Shown here in pieces: positions 37,401-45,171 of a stretch of 64,000 nucleotides of DNA. Source of the DNA: a virus. The DNA is taken from the IMG/VR virus record IMGVR_UViG_3300025118_000006, positions 1-64,000 of that record; one strand, given 5' to 3'. The stretch's first letter is position 1. Every line of letters starts with the position of its first letter. The position numbers and the translations under genes were made by a program. The notes under the pieces were generated by a model, which ran no database searches, had not been told where the DNA came from, and was given only the letters and a program-made list of their open reading frames with translations.

Positions 37401-39818
37401 AGGACGGAAGAGTGGGAGGTAAGCCCAGCCAGCAAGTCCTTCACCAACTTCTCCGATCTTTTCAAAGCGAAGCCCACCAAGTACAAGACTCGCAAGCGCG
37501 GAAAGGACGGAAGGTGGGTTTACACGTATGCTGAGAAGAAGGCACCGAAATCGCGGATGGGCGCGTTCTTGAACAAGATTGTCGGCTTTTTCTCTGAGCA
37601 CCACGACAAAGAGGATAACCTCATAGCGGCAGAAAAGAAGCTCATCTACGATCTGGAAACGCCACAGCTTGAGATGCTTAGGGATGCGATAAAGGCCGAA
37701 CTGGCCGCGATGGAAAAGAAGCCTGTTCCGGGGGCAAAGAAAAAGAAGCCCTCAAAGAAACGCTCGGGAGCACCCGTAACAGCAGAAAAGAAGGGGCCGT
37801 CACGCAAGCAAATTCTTCAGCAACTTCTTGCGAAGATCGATGGAGAGTTGGCTGCTCGCGCAATCGTGGGCTCCGCACCAACGGAGTCCGAAGACAACTT
37901 CGAGACGATGCCTGATGAGGAGTCCATCGGGCACCGTAGAGCCCGAGAAGTAATGGCCATGACCGTGAGCGATGCTTCACGGCTTGCGAGCGAAGAGCCA
38001 GGGACTCCGTTACGAGCCCCACACCACACAACATCGACACAAGGTTTACTCGGTGAACTTGACCAAGCGCAGGGGGGCATCCTATTTCTCGACCAGATCG
38101 AGGACTTCTCCCTTGAGTCGATCAAAAAGCTCGCAGTTGCGATGCGAGACAACCCCTATGTGATGATCGGGTACAGAACCACCGGCACCGGCACCGAAAC
38201 CGACAAGGTGAAGCTGAAGGCCCGCCTCGAAGCCCTGGGTGTTGATGTCAGCATGTGGGATGCCAATGAGGGCGTATCCGAAGACAACTTCGAGACGATT
38301 CAAGAGCACTATAGCGCGAAGAAGCAGCTTCTCAGAGACGTGGACGTTGTTCGCGCCTCGAAACTTAATGAGCTTAACGTGCCGTCACACTCGGAAATTA
38401 TGGACCACGCGGTCAATCATTCCCATTATAGGCACGTTAAGCCAGCCTTTAAGAGTGCCAAGGAGAAAATTGACCGCCTAAATGAAGCTCTTGCGGCGCT
38501 AGGTGTAAGAGAGTGGCGGGGTTACAAAATAAAGCCGTTCGCCTCTAGCGACTTAGATGACTTAATCGCGATGAGGGATCAGATACGGCGCGATGAAGAA
38601 GCCCTAAGCGCGAGGGTGGGCTTGGTTTCGGTAGACCTTCCGTCGAATTCAATGATTGGCCGTGAGCATCCCGAGGTAGGGCCACAGATCAGGGAGGAAA
38701 GGGAGAAGTTAGAGGAGGTCAAATCGGCTATTGCAGCTTACAACAATGAGGGCACATCCGAAGACAACTTCGAGACGATGCCTGAAGCAACCACGCCCGT
38801 AAGCCAAGCGCATGAAGAGAATCGCCTGGACGCTGAGTTGCGAAGCAACAACACCAGCGAGCAGAAGGCCAACGAGAACATCTTCACGTATGCCGAAAAT
38901 GCCTTGGACCCGGACTCGCTTAAATTCGTCATCGAGTGGTCAGAAAGTGGTGCTGTAGAAGACGGCCAAGAGTTCGCATCAGTCAATGAGCTTAACGCCA
39001 AATTGCAGGAAATATCCGACCACCATAGGGAGCGGTACGGTCTTGGTGGTGGCTACTTTAAGACAAAGGTCTACGCTGAACTTGAGGGCAATCGGTTCTT
39101 TGGCAACCGTCTGGACGTTACATCGGGCGGCGAAGACGTAAATCTGGTAGATCACATGACTGCGATTTCTCATTATTACCAGTCCGACAGGGGTCGAGAA
39201 TATTGGTCGGCGGTTCAGGCTAACCAACGTGACAGGGGTGAAGAGACAGGCGAGCAGGCGCACGAGCGGGCGCAGTCGTATAAGAACATGGTTCAGCTAG
39301 TGCGGGACCATCAAAGAATTGCCAGTGGCTACGACATCGCAGGGGGCGACCCTCCTCAAGTAAAGTCTAAGAGAGAGTTAGACAAACTATCCGAAACAAG
39401 AAGAGCACAGGCCGATGCTTGGGAACAAGCAGAGCGAGAGGCCGAACAAAGAGCCGCCCAGGATGCTCACGCGGCTCGAACAGCAGGCTGGGAAGCCCCG
39501 CAGAGCAGGCGAGAGGTAACCAAGCGCGTTAAGCGAGCTATCGTTCAGGCGACTGGTTTGCCAGCGAAGGACGTTAGCGTTCGTGGTTCAACAGGGACCG
39601 CCTGGGGGTGGGTACGGATAAGCGGAAAAACGCAAGCAGCGCAAGCGGCTATTGATGCGTTTCAGGGAAGGACTTATTGGGGCAACATTTCTCCAGATGA
39701 CTGGGACAGGGCAACGCTAGAGTTTGAAATTGGTGCGGGCATTCACACTCCGGGCTCTATCTCGCGAGGCGGCTTCACTAACTTCTCAGACCTGCTCAAA
39801 TCAATAGGCCGTGCCTAA
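34500..39818 (+). CDS. large polyvalent protein / polyprotein with beta-clamp-like, ComM-like and LPD25-like domains
   Basis: STDGHRMA, FPNYKQVIP, NARYLVDAL, VIMPVR; PLRAPHH, ILFLDQ; IEWSES..GGYFKTK; repeated tags. Confidence 0.8.
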   Translation: MADFTSLIHGGLNDLRKGKGPFIGPRGGKWADAKHTIAWKEDGGKSGGKKFKPDPEYKLSSEGHNKKDYNRGLKEGMSSTTIPQTSEKDKKDTSYMAGLKQGLMVQIKAKDHAKARYKMLRERADRGEKGGIPKGSSVTEKVYIEANTDAIMENILSGMEPDGKGGYKGGYRKASTTFSDLAKGKPTKYLKRKRGKGGRYEYTYAEDGKPKKKKGRFGNLLSTLMGVVKKHPYALMGEFKSMVRDFDLDELIEMRSEIKDALEAKPEKKAPGEKKAPKKETAEKKKPAPKKGPSEKDILRQMLKAIDKMIAKKQEANSKLSLRSLVAGYHKGDTEAIKELYKRAQELLPGIRISDALNVVATAAENYGKLPKEFVDEMIRENRVKGKKPPAAATEEAPKPAAKYERSKWADFKSQMASSDGGAKLNRQYAEFAKNALKATSKKDLKHAIEQAKAASRKDDTVVTRTGVGYSTGIKGKLKRLQAHLENKLKLVSKYGESGLAKESEKKQKEKKPVTPQVPAMEGMAPLGIAPKPAGEDIGVAKERGDNRYKSSGTTDKATNHDEIIAAGGEYLGQGVYTDKGPPKAKRGKKGKVEIVHRGEKKLTDGTIYGKGDWAITKQLESKRVTVTNIATGHSIGGEMSGPQASYLMDQVMELEASGKLDGFDPDNLSSSSSKPAFDALKKVADEVREEGNSGMPIWSRRNKAKREANRRAKVEKLTEAASVKGVISRPLALADVKRKEHKSGEAAHKRARNFQSTDEFRLNLQQSIVDRFEGEQYMISTDGHRMALIPVSNDVKQGVGYGEGSRDALGGGREFPNYKQVIPDDRKANDTHDFDAETLLAHAKLGASTPGVMAGYVHLYADGGAHKAQASHSAVISPEVDEREKGMAGIALAESKRPSTAGEPTGGDSKSISVNARYLVDALEGAKGSVSVYYKDKGSQMIIERADGEIHVIMPVRDAMPKDHPHRTEEWEVSPASKSFTNFSDLFKAKPTKYKTRKRGKDGRWVYTYAEKKAPKSRMGAFLNKIVGFFSEHHDKEDNLIAAEKKLIYDLETPQLEMLRDAIKAELAAMEKKPVPGAKKKKPSKKRSGAPVTAEKKGPSRKQILQQLLAKIDGELAARAIVGSAPTESEDNFETMPDEESIGHRRAREVMAMTVSDASRLASEEPGTPLRAPHHTTSTQGLLGELDQAQGGILFLDQIEDFSLESIKKLAVAMRDNPYVMIGYRTTGTGTETDKVKLKARLEALGVDVSMWDANEGVSEDNFETIQEHYSAKKQLLRDVDVVRASKLNELNVPSHSEIMDHAVNHSHYRHVKPAFKSAKEKIDRLNEALAALGVREWRGYKIKPFASSDLDDLIAMRDQIRRDEEALSARVGLVSVDLPSNSMIGREHPEVGPQIREEREKLEEVKSAIAAYNNEGTSEDNFETMPEATTPVSQAHEENRLDAELRSNNTSEQKANENIFTYAENALDPDSLKFVIEWSESGAVEDGQEFASVNELNAKLQEISDHHRERYGLGGGYFKTKVYAELEGNRFFGNRLDVTSGGEDVNLVDHMTAISHYYQSDRGREYWSAVQANQRDRGEETGEQAHERAQSYKNMVQLVRDHQRIASGYDIAGGDPPQVKSKRELDKLSETRRAQADAWEQAEREAEQRAAQDAHAARTAGWEAPQSRREVTKRVKRAIVQATGLPAKDVSVRGSTGTAWGWVRISGKTQAAQAAIDAFQGRTYWGNISPDDWDRATLEFEIGAGIHTPGSISRGGFTNFSDLLKSIGRA
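37887..38785 (+). repeat. three copies of TCCGAAGACAACTTCGAGACGAT (37887, 38277, 38757)
   Basis: 23-nt identity in all three copies; encodes SEDNFET; spacing 390 and 480 bp. Confidence 0.95.
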
Positions 39819-40036
39819 TGCAGCCAGCCCAGCCCCCAAAGGATACAGCAATTGTGTGCGATTACTGCGGTTTTCGCTTGGGCGTCTGGGTTAAATCACG
39901 CCTAAAGATACACGTTCGGAGTCGGCTTTTAGTGGTAAGAAAAAGTGGACAAGCTGAGTTGAGATGTCACAATTGTAAAAGCGACACTCTACTTCCTCTT
40001 TTTCTACCTCTGGAGCAGCCATGTTCATCTGGTTAA
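39818..40036 (+). CDS. small zinc-ribbon protein (Mu Com-like regulator candidate)
   Basis: CDYC...ELRCHNCK; upstream of the head protease leader. Confidence 0.55.
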   Translation: MQPAQPPKDTAIVCDYCGFRLGVWVKSRLKIHVRSRLLVVRKSGQAELRCHNCKSDTLLPLFLPLEQPCSSG

Positions 40037-40476
40037 ACGTACTTCTGACTATGATGTTCCTTCCGGTTGCGCTGTTGTTTGGTAAAATTAAGCGAGTCGG
40101 GCTCTGTAAGGACGCAGTAAACGATCAGGTAAACGAAGCGTTTCCCGTGTCGAAGTGGACCCCGTATTTAGATCTTGAACCACGAGGCTGGTTTAGGTGT
40201 TGGATGGAGAGGAATGGGATCGGTGGTATGGCGTGCCTCGGGTACGTGTTTATCCAACAAAGACACGAGTTAATTGTGTTCCATGAGTGCGTGCATGTGA
40301 TGCAGCAGAGCGCGGTGAGCCCTGCACTGATAGGTCTTACCTACCTTCTGGACATAATCGTGTTCCTTCCGTGGCGTGGATGGTTCAAGGAGGGAGAGGC
40401 TAAGAGGGTGTCCACGGTAGAGGTCGTAGCGTACCGGGTGACAGGGCAAGACGAGTGGTCTTCGGGACAAGATTAA
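40021..40476 (+). CDS. membrane protein with HExxH zincin-like motif
   Basis: HECVHVMQQ and a distal E..AY. Confidence 0.6.
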   Translation: MFIWLNVLLTMMFLPVALLFGKIKRVGLCKDAVNDQVNEAFPVSKWTPYLDLEPRGWFRCWMERNGIGGMACLGYVFIQQRHELIVFHECVHVMQQSAVSPALIGLTYLLDIIVFLPWRGWFKEGEAKRVSTVEVVAYRVTGQDEWSSGQD

Positions 40477-40480
40477 ATAC

Positions 40481-40569
40481 TTGACACCGATCTTGGCCCG
40501 GACAAGAATGTGCAGAGAGGCCCGTAGTTTAGGGGCGCGAGAATCCGTGTGGTTTTTGTGCCTTTTTTT
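40481..40569 (+). promoter_or_regulatory. promoter plus leader terminator (attenuator) before the head genes
   Basis: TTGACA-17-AAGAAT; GU-rich stem 40534-40545/40551-40562 plus T7. Confidence 0.6.
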
Positions 40570-40582
40570 GTTTTGGTGATTT

Positions 40583-41341
40583 ATGTACGAGAATAATATC
40601 GACGTATTCAGCGCATGGACCCCGTTCGACGTTGTCGAAAAGGGTGAGTCCGAAAGCAGTCCTAGTGGTCGTATCTCCGGTGTTGTTTCAACTGAGACGG
40701 TAGACCAACAGGGCGAGCAGGTTGTACAGAAGGGCCTCGACTGGGACTATTTCCTGAGCAAGGGTTGGTTCAACTGGGAGCACGCGGCTGGGCCTGAAAA
40801 TGTTCTAGGGTACCCAGACAAGGTTGAACCCGTAGAAATCAACGGAACCCACGCAACTCGCGTAGAGGGCCGTCTCTTGATGAACAAGGCTAAGGCCAAA
40901 GAAATTTACAATACGGCGGTAAGTCTACAGAAGTCGGAATCAAACCGACGGCTTGGATTTTCCATCGAGGGTCAGGTGTTAGAGCGCGAAGGGAAGACGA
41001 TCAAAAAAGCTCGTATTCTCAATGTTGCGATAACTGCTCACCCGATTCATCCAGACGCACGTTTGGAGATCCTAGCGCAATCACTCCTCGCCCGCGCCGC
41101 CTCTGTCGGCTATCAAACCCCAGCCGGTGAGGGCGGCTCTATAGCACCTTTGGTCGCACAATCTCTGGAAGGCTCAGTTTCAACTGCCACCTTCGGGGCT
41201 CGTGGTCTTGAAGCGTATTTGAAGAGCTTGAAAGAGGAAGACCTGATTGCGCTGCGTATTCTAAAGAGCTTTCCAACGCTCAATTTTGGAGACGCACATT
41301 CCATAGTAACAGACTTTTTACGAAAAAAGGGAGTCCTCTAA
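40583..41341 (+). CDS. prohead protease
   Basis: ISGVVSTE.VD.QGE, FNWEH, LGFSIEG, NVAIT..P.HP motifs. Confidence 0.88.
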   Translation: MYENNIDVFSAWTPFDVVEKGESESSPSGRISGVVSTETVDQQGEQVVQKGLDWDYFLSKGWFNWEHAAGPENVLGYPDKVEPVEINGTHATRVEGRLLMNKAKAKEIYNTAVSLQKSESNRRLGFSIEGQVLEREGKTIKKARILNVAITAHPIHPDARLEILAQSLLARAASVGYQTPAGEGGSIAPLVAQSLEGSVSTATFGARGLEAYLKSLKEEDLIALRILKSFPTLNFGDAHSIVTDFLRKKGVL

Positions 41342-42063
41342 TGAAGAAGGCAACGCAACTCCGAGAGGAGTTAAACGGCGTGCTTGCGGACGGGGAAGTA
41401 GATCGCGTAGTAAAATCCGCGATTGACGCTGGAACAGTCGAGAATGACATCGACTACAAGCCAGCGGTAGATCCAGAAGCACTCGACGTAGCACTCGAAG
41501 CCGTTAAGAAAGCGATGAATATCGCTAAAGAAGAAGTATCAACTGAGCAAGCACTAGCTCAAGCCGAAGAGATTGAGGAAGAAGTTTCCAAGTCTCTTAG
41601 CTTTGACGAAGTCGCTCTCGCAGAAGAAGAGGACTACGTTGATGTAACGGACGTTCTCGACACAATCACAAAGGGCGCAGACAGCCTTCTGAGTGAGATT
41701 CGCCACGAGCACACAGTGTTGGCAAGCGCAATCACTGAGATGACTGCTGTATACCGCGACATCGCTAAGGGCATCAACGCGCTTAGTGGTCGAGTCGGTG
41801 ACCTAGAGAACGAAACCAAAGAGGTCCAAAAGGGTCTTGCCATTACTCCTGAACGTAAATCCGTTACAGGCACGTTAGAGGCAGTTCCCCACCCAGGTGA
41901 CGCTCCAGTGCAGCTTGACCGCGCCGGACTCATCCAGAAGGGCCTGACACTTCTTGAAACTTCGACTGAGCCAATGAAGCAAGCAGAACTCTCGAAAGCC
42001 ATTTCGCTTTTGGAGTCTGGTGCTGACATTAACGAAGTCGTAAGCAATTACCATCTTAACTAA
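41341..42063 (+). CDS. scaffold-like protein
   Basis: Acidic and helical, between protease and capsid genes, dense in xxK[SAG] sites, P.RKSV motif. Confidence 0.7.
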   Translation: MKKATQLREELNGVLADGEVDRVVKSAIDAGTVENDIDYKPAVDPEALDVALEAVKKAMNIAKEEVSTEQALAQAEEIEEEVSKSLSFDEVALAEEEDYVDVTDVLDTITKGADSLLSEIRHEHTVLASAITEMTAVYRDIAKGINALSGRVGDLENETKEVQKGLAITPERKSVTGTLEAVPHPGDAPVQLDRAGLIQKGLTLLETSTEPMKQAELSKAISLLESGADINEVVSNYHLN

Positions 42064-42077
42064 GGAGGGCTTTCATT

Positions 42078-43508
42078 ATGCTTTCAATGCCCCAAGCAAA
42101 CGACCTAGTGTCGGTGAAGGACTTGCATGAGCTTAACAAAGCTCTCCGCAAGGCCACAGCGGCTGGCTACCAGACACCAGCCAGCCAAACACCAGACGGC
42201 AACACCACCTTTAGCCCACTGGTGCCTCAATCTATTGAGGCGACTCTCGCTTCAAAAACTTTCACTATGGACGAACTCGTTCTGTGGAAAATGCTGCCTA
42301 AACGCGCAGTTTCTCAAACCGTTCATGAGTACACCGTTGTAAATGAGCATGGTGGAGATATGGACCCATTCTTCGTGGAAGGTGGTGGTGGATATGAATC
42401 CCTCAGCACTTACGAAAGAAAGAGTCTGCGAATCAAGTACCTCATGGAAAAGCGAGAGGTTACTGACGTGGCCTCTATGGTCGGAATCATCGGCAATAAC
42501 GCAAACGCTATTGCTGAAGCCACCGAGCGTGGAACCATCTCTCTTTTGAGCAAGTTGGAGAAGCAGCTTTTTATCGCTGACTCCAGCATCAACCCACTTG
42601 CATTCGATGGTATCGATAAGCAGATGGCTGATGGCGCTCCTAACAATGTCAGCAACCTTGCTGGTGATGACCTTACTCCAATGAAGTTGCAGGAAATCCT
42701 GTCTGGCTCCTATGCCGAGCCAAACTTCGGTAAGCCATCCGTAGTTCTCGTTGAGCCTCGCGTACACGCGCAGCTTATTGAGCAGGCTACTGCTTATGGT
42801 CGCCACGACATGATGGGCACGGGACAGGGAACAATGACCTTCGGTCGTTCCGACCTCCGCATCTCGGTGCCTTACGGTACTGGTTCCGTACCTGTAGTTG
42901 GTTGCCCGTTCTTGTACCCAGAAGGTGCACCGAACGCAGCCGCTGTTGGTACTGCACCGACAGCACCTTCTGCTTTCAACACCCCTACCGTTGCAACTCA
43001 CGCTTCTTCCCTGTTCCTCTCCGGCGATGCCGGAACTTACTACTACCACGCGGTAGCAGTAGGACAGGGCGGTAAGTCAGCACCGATTGTGTCGGCTGCT
43101 ATAACAGTAGCTGCTGGTGAGCGAGTATCCGTTGGTATTAACGATGACGCCCTTGCTACACCAGTAAGCGGCTCCGAGAACACTGCAAGTATCTTGTACT
43201 ACAAGATTTATCGCAGCACGACCGGCGTCCACGCTGATGCAAAGTGGGCCTTCAACGTCAAGAAAGCGGATACCAGTAGTGACACCGCATTCAACGATGA
43301 CAACCTTCACCGCCCTGGCATGTCCAAGGCGTATGCTCTTCAGATGACTCCAGATGTAATCGAGTGGGTAAAACTTCTCGACTTCATCCGTCGTCCTCTT
43401 GCAGAGGTGAAGACCACTAAACCATTCTTGCTCATGCTCTTTGGTGCGCTAAACATCAAAGTTCCGACCAAGAACTGGCTTATCCGTAACATCAAGACTA
43501 ATCCTTGA
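42078..43508 (+). CDS. major capsid protein
   Basis: KA...GY.T N-arm, PL..QSIE.TL, TVHEY, FDG..K; AAGGAGG SD; position in the head module. Confidence 0.9.
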   Translation: MLSMPQANDLVSVKDLHELNKALRKATAAGYQTPASQTPDGNTTFSPLVPQSIEATLASKTFTMDELVLWKMLPKRAVSQTVHEYTVVNEHGGDMDPFFVEGGGGYESLSTYERKSLRIKYLMEKREVTDVASMVGIIGNNANAIAEATERGTISLLSKLEKQLFIADSSINPLAFDGIDKQMADGAPNNVSNLAGDDLTPMKLQEILSGSYAEPNFGKPSVVLVEPRVHAQLIEQATAYGRHDMMGTGQGTMTFGRSDLRISVPYGTGSVPVVGCPFLYPEGAPNAAAVGTAPTAPSAFNTPTVATHASSLFLSGDAGTYYYHAVAVGQGGKSAPIVSAAITVAAGERVSVGINDDALATPVSGSENTASILYYKIYRSTTGVHADAKWAFNVKKADTSSDTAFNDDNLHRPGMSKAYALQMTPDVIEWVKLLDFIRRPLAEVKTTKPFLLMLFGALNIKVPTKNWLIRNIKTNP

Positions 43509-43527
43509 TGTTATAGTACTATGAGTT

Positions 43528-43562
43528 AGCCGCCTCTTCTTAGCGGGGGAGGCGGCTGCTTG
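43528..43562 (+). terminator. hairpin after the capsid gene
   Basis: AGCCGCCTC/GAGGCGGCT stem with a weak U-tract. Confidence 0.55.
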
Positions 43563-43600
43563 TGTGCTTTTAGTGTTAATTAACCTGGGAGGAAGTACCG

Positions 43601-43861
43601 ATGGCGGTAATCTGGAAACATAAAACAATTCGCAACAGCACTGTTGTGGTTGGCTCTGAAACCTATCAGATTGATGGAGAAGGCGTTTTGTCGCCTGAAT
43701 TGTCGGAGCCAGCATCAACACGTTTGCTAGGTATTCCCGGCTATTCGTGTTCGCGAGTGCCCGATGCGAAGCCAAAAGAAAAACCTGCGCCGAAGAAAAA
43801 TCCAGCAGCCAAAAAGGCTGCCCCAAAGAAAAAAGCGGCTGCAAAGCCTAAGAAAAAATAA
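43601..43861 (+). CDS. small protein with Lys/Ala-rich tail
   Basis: GGAGG SD; KKAAPKKKAAAKPKKK. Confidence 0.7.
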   Translation: MAVIWKHKTIRNSTVVVGSETYQIDGEGVLSPELSEPASTRLLGIPGYSCSRVPDAKPKEKPAPKKNPAAKKAAPKKKAAAKPKKK

Positions 43862-43872
43862 GGAGAATTCTC

Positions 43873-44403
43873 ATGGCCGATCCTACCGGAACCAACATGA
43901 CAGCCGCGAAAGCCAAGGCGATTGACGCGACTGACCCTGCCCTCTACGAATTACGTCTTTGCGAGCGTGTGCAACAGCTTCGCACAGACCACGAAAACCC
44001 AGTTCTCAGCACTGTGTCTGCGCCTGCGAGCACCACAACCACGCTCACATCCGCACAGTCCGGCAGCGTGGTGCTTATGGCACCGAACGCAGCCGCAATC
44101 GTACTGCCTACGCCATCTGTTGGCCTGAACTACAAAATTGTTCTCACAGCAGACTACGCCACGGCTGTATGCACTGTGAAAACAGCGACCACAGACGGTT
44201 CGGTGCATTTTGTCGGTGGCTGGACCTCTCCAGACTCTAACCACGGAGCGGCGTCCAACAACAGCAGCAATGATGCCATCACCTTCGGCGCTGATACAGA
44301 GGCGGGTGACAACATCGACCTGACCTGCATTAGTGCCACACAGTGGCTTGTGACCGGGTTCTCGAACGCGACGACGAACGGAATCACAATCGCTGACGCA
44401 TAG
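43873..44403 (+). CDS. head decoration / minor structural protein
   Basis: TLT.AQSG.V....LP....GLNY...GD.I.L.C....W.V beta domain. Confidence 0.55.
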   Translation: MADPTGTNMTAAKAKAIDATDPALYELRLCERVQQLRTDHENPVLSTVSAPASTTTTLTSAQSGSVVLMAPNAAAIVLPTPSVGLNYKIVLTADYATAVCTVKTATTDGSVHFVGGWTSPDSNHGAASNNSSNDAITFGADTEAGDNIDLTCISATQWLVTGFSNATTNGITIADA

Positions 44404-44427
44404 TCTTAGTCAATAAGGAGATAGGCG

Positions 44428-45171
44428 GTGGCCATCGCAGATCAAGTTTCAGTCAGCTTTCTCAAGACCAACTTTTTAGCTGGTGTTGACCTGACATTTG
44501 ATGATGGCACCGCCTACCCCGACTCTCTTTATCAGCAGAGTATTGATGCAGCCATTTCTTGGCTAGAAGCAGACCTTGAGGTGGTGTTCGATGATGCCAC
44601 CTTCACGGAACGCTACGATGCGCGTGATATTGATCGCAACGCATTCTGGTTAATTCACGTAAATAAGCGTCCGATAAAATCTGTTACGTCGTTAAAGGCA
44701 CGCTACGGGTCTTTCGACGGGGTAACATTCCCGGTAGATTGGATTCACATATCTTCGGAGATAGGTGGCCAGCTTCAGGTCATTCCGGGTCCATCGAGTA
44801 TGGGTAGTTTTGCGTTTACATCCGGTGTACCGTTGCTTATTGGCGACGTGTTTATGCCAGTGGAGTACATGCCGTTGTGGTGGGAGATTACTTACACGGC
44901 GGGGTTTACCAGTCTTCCAAAAGACCTTATCCATGCGATAGCTCTGAAGGCAGCCTTACTCCCTCTTGATGTTGCCGGTGACCTCATTGCGGGCGCAGGC
45001 ATCGCGAACAAGTCGATTTCTGTCGATGGGTTGAGCCAGACAATTGGCACGACGGCATCGGCTACGAACGCTGGCTATGGTAGTCGGATTCTTCAATATG
45101 AACGGGAGCTTAAAGCACTCTTGCCACAGCTTCGGAAGCGTTATCGCGGCAAGAACATGATGGTGATCTAA
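44428..45171 (+). CDS. head-tail adaptor (neck) protein
   Basis: ITYTAGF..LP.DL..AI, S.SVDGLSQT..TTASAT..GYG.RI..Y. Confidence 0.75.
   Translation: MAIADQVSVSFLKTNFLAGVDLTFDDGTAYPDSLYQQSIDAAISWLEADLEVVFDDATFTERYDARDIDRNAFWLIHVNKRPIKSVTSLKARYGSFDGVTFPVDWIHISSEIGGQLQVIPGPSSMGSFAFTSGVPLLIGDVFMPVEYMPLWWEITYTAGFTSLPKDLIHAIALKAALLPLDVAGDLIAGAGIANKSISVDGLSQTIGTTASATNAGYGSRILQYERELKALLPQLRKRYRGKNMMVI

Noticed and set aside
37887-38785. 23-bp repeats as a CRISPR array
   Set aside because: Spacers are hundreds of bp, in frame within a CDS, and there are no cas genes.
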